A stretch of DNA of 62,945 bases, counting the filler, from Octopus bimaculoides (lineage: Eukaryota): NCBI RefSeq assembly GCF_001194135.2. It is 8 parts of 8 records of this genome, joined end to end, with 100 filler letters (N's around TTAATTAATTAA, not from the genome) between each part and the next. Parts side by side here need not be neighbours in the genome. Positions count along the whole stretch, not along the records: positions 30,693 to 43,374 come from NC_068985.1; positions 43,475 to 50,910 come from NC_069007.1; 6 more parts are not named here. The stretch is one strand, 5' to 3'. A program made the translations under genes and the position numbers. Below are positions 35,711-48,190 of this stretch, piece after piece (position 1 is the first letter of the stretch; each line of letters begins with the position of its first letter). The notes under the pieces are model-generated. The model was given only the letters and a program-made list of their open reading frames with translations. It ran no database searches and was not told the DNA's origin.

Positions 35711-37607
35711 ATATATGATATGTAATATGAATGCAGTTCTATTCTGTATTTCGTATATATCACTGGATGCTGTGTGCTACGTTAGCGACATCAAGGCATG
35801 AACATTTTTCTCGTTTTTAAAACTGTGACAGAGTGACTCACAACTTGTACTTCTCTAACCAAAGACTCTACGCTTTGTAAATATCGACATGAAATCCATA
35901 AAAAACAAAAGATATCATTAATATATTTAATATCCTTCTTCACTTCCTTGCAATACCTGAATATGAATATTCATAAGAATTATCAGCATAGAATTTATTG
36001 TCACCGTCGACATCGTCATTATTTTAATCGCCACTGGTATCGACATCGTTGTCAACACGATATCATTATCTTTGTTTGAACGAAGTCGTGAAGATGATGG
36101 TCATTATTTTCAGCATCGTCATCGATGTCATCATCGTCCACAGCTTCGTCACCGTAATCCTTATCACACCACCTGCTCTTTCATCGTCGTCATCGTCGCG
36201 TTGTTCTTTTCTTTTTTGTCACTGTTATCATCATCACCACAATGATACTCTTGTCATGGTTCTTCGTGTCACCCTTGTCGTAAGGCAGTTTATATACATA
36301 CATATATACATGCATACATAAATATATGTGTGTATGTATGTGTTGGTAGATAGACAGGTAGGCATAGATATATAGAGATATATAAACACACATACACTCA
36401 CGAACGCTCACACACACACACACACACATGTCATATAATAGTGTGCAATCTGCTTGATGTAGGTATTAAATAACTGCATTGTATATACAGACAGCCATGT
36501 TATTAAATATACGATATAACAGACATCACTGAACAGAGGCATTTGTTATAATTGAATATTTAATATATTCGCCATATTGCAGAGTTAATAAGGTTTTTCA
36601 GTATCAGGTAACGCAAACTATTTGGTTCGGAGCAAAAGTAACCGAAGACAGTTATTAAATATCGAATAGGTAGCGCAAATCAAGACTTTCTCATGTCTGT
36701 TATTAATGAGAATAGTAAATCTAAGCATTATTTATTACAGAATATCGTTAAAACATGGTTATATGTGGCTTATACTAACATGCAGCAGTTTACGCGCAAA
36801 CGAATGCTTGTTATAATGATGTTAAGGTAATGATATTGATATATGTAATTCAATAAAAAATATCAGACATTTTAAATGAATTAGGAAGAAATATGTTAAC
36901 TTGTTTTGGTGTTCTAGAGAATAATATCTTGGCTAGTAATATTTAAAGAAAATATGTTGACCCGTTTCGACATCCAAATAAACACTATGAGCAATGGGAC
37001 GACGCTAACTGCTGAAGATGAAACACACTCAAAGTGGTCTTTATATGTGTGTGTGTGTGGGGGTACATGTGTGCATATATATACATATATATANNNNNNN
37101 NNNNNNNNNNNNNNNNNNNNNNNNNNNNNNNNNNNNNNNNNNNNNNNNNNNNNNNNNNNNNNNNNNNNNNNNNNNNNNNNNNNNNNNNNNNNNNNNNNNN
37201 NNNNNNNNNNNNNNNNNNNNNNNNNNNNNNNNNNNNNNNNNNNNNNNNNNNNNNNNNNNNNNNNNNNNNATATATACACACACAAGTACAAACACAGAAG
37301 CTAAGTAGCTACTTAGAATATCTCAGTAAGAGATGGAAGTCGTAAGTATATACAGAGGTAATGTTTATCGCCACAACAATATGGCTGTTCGAGATTAATA
37401 CCGTTCCACGAGGGTAGAGCTTTCTCAGCTGCCGATATACACCGGATGTAGACTTCAGCGATAACCAGCTGACCGATGCCCTGCCGGGCGTTAAACGATT
37501 GCGGCGTCGCACAGCCATACTAATGTGGCGATGTGTGTGTGTGTGTGTGTGTTTCTGTCTGTGTCTGTGTGTGAACACCCTAAATAATAATACAAATAAT
37601 ACAAATA

Positions 37608-37930
37608 ACGATATTGGATTATATGAGTGTGAATTTAAAAATCGCTATGCCAACCACGTAGCCTCCTTCCGGCATAGGGACAAAAGTAAATCTAAGTTGG
37701 CTAGCTACCTATGGACATTGAAAGATCAGGAAACACCAATTGTGATTAAATGGAAGGTAATTGAGAAATCCATACCTTATATGAATGGATCGAATAAATG
37801 TAAGCTCTGTTTAGCTGAAAGAGCGTAGATCCTGTTCAGATCTAAAACCCCTAATTCTCTATTGAACCCTAGATCAGAAATTTTCTGTAGTTGTATGCAT
37901 ATGTATAAATATATTGTGAAGAATTGAAAA
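37608..37930 (+). mobile_element. Penelope-like GIY-YIG endonuclease fragment
   Basis: IGLYECEFKNRYANHVASFR...KLASYLWTLKD....IKWKVIEK..PY.NGSNKCKLCLAE.A*ILF...LLNPRSEIFCSCMH, the PLE endonuclease with a C-terminal CxxC...CxH. Confidence 0.85.
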
Positions 37931-38597
37931 ATTCCGTATCTGAAAAAAGTTTAGCTGTTAAAAACGCAAGGAAAAAGAAATGCCAGAGCAAATTTAACTT
38001 TAGACGTTCATTAATCCAACCAAGAGCGACGCCATTGAATAAATAATTTAGTTTATAAACACGAAATATAAAAAAAAAAATATATTATATTAATTCCATA
38101 TTTTGTGAATTTCAAGTCTACATAAAAACAGAAATAAAAAATAAAAAGACCTATCATAGAAAGCAAGTATATTTATCTACTAAAATTCATGACGTCACGG
38201 AATATCTAAAGAACAAAAGCTGCAAACACAAATTCTACGTTATCCTTCATAGATATCTTCAGAATAAAACCTACAGATAATAATTCTACGTAATACTTAG
38301 TTTAAACATTTTAAGGTGTCATGTCAAGTAAAGATATGATTTTCTTTGTACAGGTTATTAACTGGTGTTAATACTATGAATTTCTTAACAATCTGGGATT
38401 GTTGAATGTACCTGCCATACATGAGAATTGTTGAATTTACCTGACATACATGAGGATTGATCTGGGATTTGAATTTTTACATACATTTACTGGTATCTAA
38501 TTGTCATAAATTATACCTTATTCTTTTATATTGAGTGCGTACTTGATAGCTTCCAAGGATTTTTAAATTCCATTTTTTCTTATATACATGCATAATT

Positions 38598-39400
38598 TTA
38601 TCCCCTCTCGTCACTACTCTACCTTTACATATAAAAGACACTAATCACGCACTCTTCATCCATGCACTACATCTCTTCAACGCATTCTCGTCTCCATCTG
38701 GTGAACCGCAACTCCTTTTCACCATGGATATTAAGTCTTTGTACACATTTATCCATCACAATGACAGTCTACTAGCACTCAAACACTTCTTAGATCGTCG
38801 TGATGTACCTAAATCCAGCACTACTACACTCCTCTTCATAGCTGAGGTCGTCTTAACACTCAATCGTTTACCTTCTTTGGTGAATTCTATATAGCATTTC
38901 AGGATGGTCCCCAATGACGCCAACTTTCTTGTAGGTTATGGAGAGGAGAAACTCTTTGTTCACTTTTCTGCACCCATTCCACAGCTTTTTGGTCGTTACA
39001 TTGATGACTGCATTGGTGCCACAAGCCTTAACAGACAACAGCTCAATGGTTTTATTTATTTTGTTAACACATTTCATCCAGCCTTGGAATTAACCCTCAC
39101 CATATCTGATACTTCTGTTTGCTTTCTTGACATCTCCTCAAAATACACAATACTCACCTCTCCAGCTCTTCTATAAACCTACCCCCACTACTCTTCCTCT
39201 CACCCCAAACACATTAAATCTGCCATACCTTTCTCTCAATTTATTCGCATTCGACGACTTTGCAGCGTCGATTCGGATTTGGAATCCCGTTGCAAACGAT
39301 GCGACAGTTTTTTTTTTAATCGAGTGTATCCTCCATAAGTTGTTGACCAGGCACTCCACCGACGCCTAGCCATCAACTGCACCGCAGCTCTCCTACCAAC
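38598..39400 (+). mobile_element. Decayed Penelope-like RT fragment (same broad family as 17440-18450)
   Basis: HIKDTNHAL, LLFTMDIKSLYT, EVVLTLN, RYIDDCIGATS, VNTFHPALELT..ISDTSVCFLDIS and FSQFIRIRRLCS. Confidence 0.9.
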
Positions 39401-39404
39401 TTCA

Positions 39405-39690
39405 CGCACTTCCGTTCGGTTTCCAGGGTTGCTACTTCTTTTCCCTGTTACACCTAGTGACACTCGATCCACAACTACAAAAGCAGGAGACGTGGAGGGG
39501 CAACCCGTGCGAACTAGGATACGGTTGGTTAGTGTTGGCATATGTCGACAACATCACCGTAGTGGTTCTAAATGTGAGCACATTGACATAATCAGCATCG
39601 CACTCAGGAACTACGAGAAGTTATCGTGAGAAAAAATTAACCAGGAAAATCAGCTGTCCTCTTACTCGGCACCTGGAGAAGTGAGTGAAT
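39405..39690 (+). mobile_element. Decayed L1/Tx1-type RT fragment
   Basis: SVR/QGC, SLLHLVTLDPQL, RGNPCELG, VLAYVDNITVVV (decayed YADD) and EKINQE.SA.LLLGTWR. Confidence 0.7.
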
Positions 39691-40894
39691 GCTGTTCAGG
39701 TGCTGAACTACCCTTCAATAAATATATCTCCAATCTGTGGAACAGAAATACATAAGTTTTCAAGAACTGGTCGCTAATTTATTTCATGTCTTGAAACCAG
39801 AGGAAAAATACTTAAAACTACTTTCGTGCCTTGCGAAAGTGTAAAAGTTACACATTCATTTCAAGATACACGGCACCAAAATTCAATTCTGTTTCTTTCT
39901 CCATCTTTTGTAAAACTTCTAAATTAGTTTTATATTTAAATACCACGATGTAGACAATCAGAAAGAAGATTCATATATTTTTGTTTTTACTATGTATTTC
40001 TGTTTAAATCAATGATAAAGTGTCTTGATATGAGGATATTGAGCCTAGTCTATTGTTTAGTAAATCATTTCTGTTTTTAATATCCGTTTGGAATAATTAA
40101 CGAAGGAAATCTTTATAAAGTTTGAGGAGTTATTTAAAAATTAAAATACCTATAATTGAAGAAAAAATACAGGAAATCGATTACCATAGAATGTGTCATA
40201 GCAAATTCTGGAAAAACAGCAGTGAATGAAATGCTATATCAATTGGATGTTGGTTAATAAAGCCTTCACACTTGAGAGATATGGAATTGTTATTAAAGAA
40301 CTTCGTTTAAAATACAGACCCATCAACGGATAATTCATTTGGAGATTTCAAATTTTCCTTGGCATACGTTCTGCTATAATGTAGCTATCTTTAAAACATT
40401 TCTATTGATTCTAAAATACTCTCAGAAATATTTTATATATACTTTATAAAAAGATATAATATACAAGAAAAAGTAAGATGAATTTCAAGATAATATAAAC
40501 AATTACTGAAGTTTCAATATGATATGTAAATTCCATTCAATGATTTTCCTATGCAACATATAAATATAATATTACCTTTAAGTTTCATATGTCTCTCACA
40601 GAAGTAACAGAAATACATTGATCTGCAATTAACACTTATACGGTCACAGATTTCGCTCACAGCATATTTCTCATGCTGAATTACGTATCTCAAATGTAAG
40701 CTGACACTGCTACCGTATTTTTCGTTGTACTCTTGGTTTACTGTTTATCAATATATTTCACCTGACACTTAGGTTAATAACAATGGTCAAAATATCAGTA
40801 ATTTTTTATTTTATGTGTGTGAGTGTGTGTGTGCGTGTGTGTGGCAGTGTTTGTATAACATCGTATGTGTATAATATCGTATAAGCATACAAGT

Positions 40895-41159
40895 ACATTA
40901 TTTACATTATTTACTTTATTTACATTTGAAGGATATTTGTCTTCATCTTCTTTGTTGTTAACACAACGCTTCAGCTGATATACCCTCCAGCCTTCATCAG
41001 GTGTTTTGGGGGAGATTTAGAACCTAGGCTCTCATTCCTAAGGTATTTTCGATGTTGTTGTTGTTGTTGTTGTTGTTTTTATTCAAGTCACTGCTTGGAA
41101 TCGAACTCGGAATCTTGTGTTTAGTAGCCCTCGCTCTTAACCACTACGCCATATGCCCA
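40895..41159 (-). mobile_element. tRNA-headed SINE-like element carrying a hammerhead motif (family H1)
   Basis: Minus strand: A-box TGGCGTAGTGG (41151-41141), B-box GTTCGATTC (41106-41098), (CAA)n linker, body, hammerhead at 41005-40960, and a short AATGTAAAT repeat tail. Confidence 0.75.
40960..41005 (-). ncRNA. Minimal hammerhead motif H1, GAAA mutated to GAAG
   Basis: AACAC-CUGAUGA-A-GGCUG gaggguauau CAGCU-GAAG-CGUU-GUGUU. Confidence 0.6.
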
Positions 41160-41338
41160 GAAAATACCTTAGGAATGAGAACACAAGTTCGAAATTTCCC
41201 CAAGACACGTGATGAAGGCTGGAGTATATATCAGCCGAAACATTGCGTTAACAAAAAACAAGATGAGGACAAATATCCGTCAAATGTAAATAGTGTAAAT
41301 AATGTACATAATTCCTCATCTCTTAAATATAGCACTGA
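41160..41338 (+). mobile_element. Inverted, head-less second copy of the H1 element (hammerhead at 41204-41249, C3-to-G)
   Basis: Reverse complement of 40915-41050; starts immediately beside the tRNA head. GACAC-GUGAUGA-A-GGCUG...CAGCC-GAAA-CAUU-GCGUU. Confidence 0.8.
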
Positions 41339-43015
41339 AGCATACGAGTGCCTACGTAAGATAATTTAATATTATCAAGCACAGGTAATTTATCTATTAG
41401 ATTCTGAACTGTGAATGTGTACCTGCTATACATTACTCGTTGCAGTGAATTATAATGCGGCCATGCTGAGGCACTGCTTGGAAGGCTTCCCAGGAACAAA
41501 TTGATCCGAGTGTTTGGTTTCACACTTTTGCTAACGTCTCATTCCGCAAACCACTAAGTTACTAGGATGCAGACAAACAAAATCGCTTATCAAATGGTGT
41601 GACAAAAATACTAAGACACACCATATACACACACATATGTATACAGTCTGCGATGGGTAAATTTTCTCCATTTTATATTTTTGATTCCTCGCATGCACAC
41701 TGTGTGTGTTTTGATTTTTGTGACTACACAATATAGTAGGGGCTGTTGGGCACCACCTGTGAGAAAAGCAGCACCACGACGCAATTCACTCTGCTATAAA
41801 TTTGAACACGGCGTGCTGTAATGTTTAGCATTCACAACGGATTTCTGCGGAAGATAGGAAATGAAATTTATACTAGTTGGCAGTAACTGGTGTGCGCTAA
41901 TCACGAAGTTTTGGCAGAGAATTCCCCTGGAAAAAAAGAAACGCAAGAGCCGGATGCTGAAATAAAATATATACAGATAGTCAAAGTGTATTTCTTTAAG
42001 GATTAATGATTTTCTTGTAACTCTCACGATTCAATTTCCATTCGCCATAATACAAAACAAGAAATAAATGGAGCTAAGGAAATATTGAACAAAACGTATG
42101 TACAAAGCGACAACCGTCATTTATATGAATTTGACTGTCACACACCGATTTACAATATAATTTTGGTGCGCGGATGCCTTAATATACTATCCGAAAACAA
42201 GTTACGCACATTTATCATGTTCTAAAATCTAAATGTTGCTACAGATTTGTTTTGTTCATGTTACTTATTGCCAAAAGTTTATTGAGGCAATTATGCTCTT
42301 TTCTAATCAACGACGTATTTAGGTGTTGGAAAAGAAAGAGAAACACTTAAAGTTGATATTATCTAACCGAGGTTAGTTTTTTATGAATACAGTTTTACAT
42401 TCCTCCATATATTCGAACCGTTAGTATATCTCGTGTTCATTTTCCAATATGTGCTTTTGTGTGAGTGTGTGAGTGAGTGTGTGTGTGTGTATGTGTATCC
42501 GTATGCCTGTGTGTTAGTTTGGAGTGATATATTATCCGGTTGAACAACGTCGTAGCTCTTAGTGAAGTTCCAGATTATGGCTAACCTCATCAAATTAGTA
42601 TTTAACGTCTATGATTGTTAGGAGTTGTCACTCACGCTCCGATAGGTAATTCCGTGTTCGCTTCACCGGATAATAATATTATCTGGAATTTATATAAGCA
42701 GTAATTAAAAGTATACTGAATATAGAAAGTAATACATCCTCAAAACTGTTTCTCTCTATTTTGCAATGCCATACACAGAGAAATATTCAGCATGACATTG
42801 TAAAATAAAGGGGAATAAATTTTGAGCATGTGCCAGTCTCCACACTGTGTATCCGTATAACATATGTCGACAGTGAGACAGGCGGATAGATAGATAGAGA
42901 GAGACAGACAGACAGGCAGAAAGACAGTGAGCTAGGCAGATATGCACACAGGCTGACAGACAGGCAAACAGATAGTTAGACGGATATATATATGTATGTG
43001 TGTGTGTGTGTGTGC

Positions 43016-43075
<60 letters not shown>

Positions 43076-43374
43076 CTATGTGAAAGCACGTGGTTGGATG
43101 TATAAAAGACAAAAAGGAGTGAAAAATCTACAGAAGGCTTGTGTTACATGGTTAATCTAACTTCTGTTAGATTAACCATATGACACAAGCCTCCCTGATT
43201 ACCTTACCCTGTCTGGAACTCTATATTTCACGACATAGCGAAGACATGGCACGACATAAGTAAAGAAATTTGAGAAATTTGAAAATAAAATACGAAACCG
43301 GCTATTTCTCCCAAAACAATGTTACTATACGCAAAATTTTATGACATTTTTCGAACATAACGATTTAAACATAT

Positions 43375-43474
43375 NNNNNNNNNNNNNNNNNNNNNNNNNN
43401 NNNNNNNNNNNNNNNNNNTTAATTAATTAANNNNNNNNNNNNNNNNNNNNNNNNNNNNNNNNNNNNNNNNNNNN
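43375..43474. other. Artificial scaffolding linker
   Basis: 44 N + TTAATTAATTAA (43419-43430) + 44 N. Confidence 0.95.
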
Positions 43475-43515
<41 letters not shown>

Positions 43516-43572
43516 ATATATATATATGTTTATATATATTCATAGATACATACACACATATATATATATTTG

Positions 43573-43820
43573 AAGGCGCATGGCCTAGTGGTTACGATGT
43601 TACTTGTGAGATTGTGGTTTCAATTCCTAGACTGAGTGGTGCCTTGTGTCCATGAGCAAAACACTTCATCTCACTTCATCTCTGCATCTTGACGCGTGGA
43701 ACACCTGTGTGCACCTGTTCAGGCAACGTCGATTTGATGGAGAGACTAAGCTATTAATGTACGGTACAGGCATTTGGTCACCGTAAGAAAATCATTTGTG
43801 TAGGTCGTTTGGCAGAGTCT
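43573..43820 (+). mobile_element. SINE family C
   Basis: GAAGGCGCATGGCCTAGTGGTT...GGTTTCAATTCC...TTGTGTCCATGAGCAAAACACTTCAT. Confidence 0.75.
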
Positions 43821-43824
43821 ATCA

Positions 43825-43940
43825 TATGTACATTATTTACATTTGATGGATGTTGTTTGTTGTTAACACAACGTTTCGGCTGATATTACCCTCCAGTCTT
43901 CATCAGGTGTCTTGGGGAAATTTCGAACCTGGGTTCTCGT
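43825..43940 (-). mobile_element. Third copy (fragment) of the H1 element
   Basis: Aligns to 40915-41030 and to the reverse complement of 41178-41300. Confidence 0.85.
43865..43911 (-). ncRNA. Minimal type I hammerhead motif H1, catalytic core intact
   Basis: GACAC-CUGAUGA-A-GACUG gaggguaauau CAGCC-GAAA-CG-UU-GUGUU. Helix III is self-complementary (A)ACGU(U), the triplet is GUU, and stem II has one mismatch. Confidence 0.7.
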
Positions 43941-44044
43941 ATTTTGCTGCTTTAAGTGATAACTGGGAAGTCATTGCTATCTTGCGTCATTTATGAACGT
44001 TGTGGTCTCACTGTTTCCTCTGATCACACACACACACACACACA

Positions 44045-44220
44045 CACATATATACGACCTGATTCTTTCAATTTCCATCTGCCAAATTCGGCCAAGAAAC
44101 ATCAGTCGGCCCTGGGGCTATAGTAGAAGACACTAGCCTAAGGCGCCACTGCCGCGCAATGGGACTGAACCCAAAACCACATGGTCGCAAAGCAAACTTC
44201 TTAACCACGCAGCCATGCAA
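44045..44220 (-). mobile_element. SINE family A, head half
   Basis: GACCTGATTCTTTCAATTTCC...GGGACTGAACCC...CTTAACCACGCAGCCATGC. Confidence 0.8.
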
Positions 44221-45030
44221 GTATGATATCAAACGTGAAAATGAGTAAAGTTATTTAACACCAACAGGTAAGATTAGAGGAACACAAGAACACAACAAGC
44301 GCCATCCNNNNNNNNNNNNNNNNNNNNNNNNNNNNNNNNNNNNNNNNNNNNNNNNNNNNNNNNNNNNNNNNNNNNNNNNNNNNNNNNNNNNNNNNNNNNN
44401 NNNNNNNNNNNNNNNNNNNNNNNNNNNNNNNNNNNNNNNNNNNNNNNNNNNNNNNNNNNNNNNNNNNNNNNNNNNNNNNNNNNNNNNNNNNNNNNNNNNN
44501 NNNNNNNNNNNNNNNNNNNNNNNNNNNNNNNNNNNNNNNNNNNNNNNNNNNNNNNNNNNNNNNNNNNNNNNNNNNNNNNNNNNNNNNNNNNNNNNNNNNN
44601 NNNNNNNNNNNNNNNNNNNNNNNNNNNNNNNNNNNNNNNNNNNNNNNNNNNNNNNNNNNNNNNNNNNNNNNNNNNNNNNNNNNNNNNNNNNNNNNNNNNN
44701 NNNNNNNNNNNNNNNNNNNNNNNNNNNNNNNNNNNNNNNNNNNNNNNNNNNNNNNNNNNNNNNNNNNNNNNNNNNNNNNNNNNNNNNNNNNNNNNNNNNN
44801 NNNNNNNNNNNNNNNNNNNNNNNNNNNNNNNNNNNNNNNNNNNNNNNNNNNNNNNNNNNNNNNNNNNNNNNNNNNNNNNNNNNNNNNNNNNNNNNNNNNN
44901 NNNNNNNNNNNNNNNNNNNNNNNNNNNNNNNNNNNNNNNNNNNNNNNNNNNNNNNNNNNNNNNNNNNNNNNNNNNNNNNNNNNNNNNNNNNNNNNNNNNN
45001 NNNNNNNNNNNNNNNNNNNNNNNNNNNNNN

Positions 45031-45061
<31 letters not shown>

Positions 45062-45085
45062 CCCTGATGCATGTGTGCGTCTCTG

Positions 45086-45120
<35 letters not shown>

Positions 45121-46529
45121 TCATGCGCCGATGTGTTGTAGTTTGAGGGCGTAACCAGATTTGTGGTTGGATTAAGTTTGGTGATGTTGGGTAAAATGTA
45201 TAAACAGGCACTGGTGTGGCTCTGTGGTAAGATGCTTGCTTCTCAACGGTAAGGTTCTGATTTCAGTTCCGCCACGTGGCACTTTCATCAGGTGTCTTCT
45301 ACTCTAGGCTTATCAGCAGTGATTTTTTCAATCGTTAGGCCTGTATATATTAATCATAGGCATTTATGGTTGATTTAGGGAAATGGTAATTCTTTTATTC
45401 TTTTCTTTGTTTCAGTCATTTGGCTGCGGCCAAGCTGGAGCACCACCTTTAATCGAACAAATCGACCCCAGGAGCTTTGTAAGCCTAGTATTTATTCTAT
45501 CGGTCCCTTTTGCCGAACCACCAAGACTCATATTTAAGTCTTACAGAACATATAGTTCTGTAACCACTCAGACAGCAAGGCGCACAATCACATTCACACA
45601 CATACCCCCACCATGCATATACACGTACATATATATAAAGGCATAATTGACTTGCTAGTTGGGTTAATGAAATCAATAAAACATCTACTTGCAGGTAGAT
45701 TACTTACATAACCTATTTTTATATGGATCTGTACGACACGACGCATCGGATTTCGGAACCGATCGCAGCGTCAGGTTTGACATGCACGCCTGGAGAAATT
45801 GTGTGCGCATTACTATGCGTACGTGCGTGCGTGAGTGAGCGTGTACGTGTATACACACCACACACNNNNNNNNNNNNNNNNNNNNNNNNNNNNNNNNNNN
45901 NNNNNNNNNNNNNNNNNNNNNNNNNNTATATATATATATATATATATATATCGAGAGAATATGAGAGACATATATATATATAAAAACATAATGCCACGTG
46001 ATATTTGTAACCTTTCTTATTTCATTTTTCGAAAGAAATTTCTCGATATATCTATTTACCTTCGTAGATATTTTCTGAAATTTTCCCATTTCTATTCGCT
46101 TTCAGACGCGCTCTGACATGAAATACTCGGCTTCTGAGTCACTGATATTGTTTTACAGCTAGACATATAGTAACAGATGCAATCTAATTTATGCTAACTA
46201 GTTCACTTAAACGTCCAGAAAAATATATGTATATATAGGAGAGTATTGTAGTTCGCTTGAAGCATTGTGTATTGTTTGTAAAAAAAAAAGTTTTGAATGG
46301 TACAATGCATTATAATACAAGCAATGGACTATATACCTGTTGTGATTTAGTCATCCAGAGTCTGATAATATTTCGGAATAAAATTCCTTCTTCAAATATT
46401 CTTAGATGGAGTCGTTGCTATAATCGGTTATATGTATGTATGTATATATGTAGGTAAGTAGGTAGGTAGGTATGTATGTCATTGTTCAGATTTATTTCAT
46501 GATTTCTTGCCAATAGAGAAAGAACCGTC

Positions 46530-46860
46530 TACTTTGCCTTTCATCCTTTCGGAATCGTTAAAATAAGTACCAGTTTGGAGCTCTGAAGTACATATAATCG
46601 CTTTAACCCTCCCCTGAAATTTTTGGAATTGTGTTAAAATTTGAAACCGATATTTAGTGCTTCTAACAAGATTTGAGAAAGCGCATGCGTTAGTGGTTGA
46701 GGTTTTGCACTCACGATTACATGCTTATGGTTTCGGTCCCCAGACCGGGCGTTGCTGTAGATGAGTGGCCCGTGACAGAACGACGTCTCGTTCATTGAGG
46801 CATGTTGTGATCTCAGCCTCTTGGACGCCATGGAAACCGAACAACCAGCGTTTTGATTCT
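46530..46860 (+). mobile_element. SINE family B 3' part followed by SINE family C head
   Basis: CTTTGCCTTTCATCCTTTCGGAATCGTTAAAATAAGTACCAG; then GCGCATGCGTTAGTGGTT...GGTTTCGGTCCCCAGACCGGGCG. Confidence 0.7.
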
Positions 46861-47099
46861 TATGAGGCCGCGGATGCGAGACAAGATTTATAAATGAACA
46901 ACAAAATTTCCTCTCAAAATAGAATATATATTCTATGTACCTAATTGGTGATTTTAGTTTTGGTTGTCTCAATAGGGTTTCTATGTGGCTAAGAGCTACA
47001 ACAGAAGGGGTTTTGCTCCGGGCAGGAAACAAGGGATCAAACTATGATTCACCATCAGAAAACTCGGGAAGAATTATGGTGGAATGGTGAAAGATAGAA

Positions 47100-47170
47100 T
47101 CGCAAAACTGATATGGATCAAGGGTTACCAAGGTCTGGAAATGAACTCCTGCTAACACACATAGCACAGA
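47100..47170 (+). mobile_element. Possible decayed RNase H C-terminal motif
   Basis: AKLIWIKGYQGL then, frameshifted, GNEL, compared with W-x-K-G-H-x-G-x-x-G-N-E-x-A-D. Short, so it could be chance. Confidence 0.35.
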
Positions 47171-47889
47171 CAATCATAGAAGTCATTCAACCAGCGAAGG
47201 ATTTAATAAATGAGAACAAGTTCGAGCTGATGACGTCGAAGAAGAAGAAGGAGGAGGAGAAGAAGAAGGAGGAGGGGAAGAAGACGATGATGATGATGCA
47301 AATCAAAGTCATAATGTTCTGTTAGTAACAGCTGTGGGACTACAGTACACGTGTATATTACTAGAAGGAGGATATGAAATCAATAAGAGATTTGAAAATG
47401 AAACATATGTCTCTTCATGTAGAAGTTGATCCTTTCTCTCAGAACCACGTAACCGAAGAGACTGAAAGCAATTCTTAAGTACACATTGTAATGAATCCAA
47501 AGACAAATAAATTATAACGTGGGTTGGCGACACTAACACCAACACACGTTACTTGCATTATCAGCCAACTCATACATGTACACATTTGTAATAATTAAGC
47601 CTGCAAAAAACCCCCAAAAATAAAAAAATAAAAACAGCACACACACACACAAACACTTAACGTCATACGTGTTCACATAAGCTCAAATTACTCGTAGAAG
47701 AAAGCACGCGTGCAAACATGTACATGCAAACATACGTCTGTATTGGTTAACATCGACAGCTGTTTAATACTTAAGTCCATAAATGGGCGTATGAATGACG
47801 GGGAAAAAGGGGGAAGTAACGACCGCTCAGATTCAGGCAAAACACTGATGAATATTCGGATGAAGATCGACCAGAGAAATCAATAATAT

Positions 47890-48190
47890 TGGTTACTTAA
47901 TTTATGAAACCCGAAAGGATGAAAGGCAAAGTCGACCTCGGCGGAATTTGAACTCAGAACGTAAAGACGAAAAAAACGCCGCTAAGCACTATGCCCGTCC
48001 TGCTAACAGTTCTGCCAGCTCTCCGTCTTTGGGAAACCAAAAATATTCTTTTCTACTTTAGGCACAAGGCCTGAAATTCGGGGGGAGGGGGCTAGTCTAT
48101 TAGATCGACCCCAGTACGCAGCTGGTACTTAATTTATGAAACCCGAAAGGATGAAAGGCAAAGTCGACCTCGGCGGAATTTGAACTGAAT
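47890..48190 (-). mobile_element. Two SINE family B pieces sharing an identical 61-bp block
   Basis: 47894-47954 is identical to 48126-48186. Confidence 0.85.

Noticed and set aside
36000-36290. Hydrophobic ORFs over CAT/CGT-rich sequence (also 16290-16490 and 61150-61420)
   Set aside because: Degenerate trinucleotide low-complexity tracts.
41085-41159. tRNA gene (also the heads at 7000-7068, 16900-16972, 43573, 52300-52375 and 56400)
   Set aside because: A and B boxes are present, but there is no intact acceptor stem or cloverleaf and each head continues into SINE body sequence.
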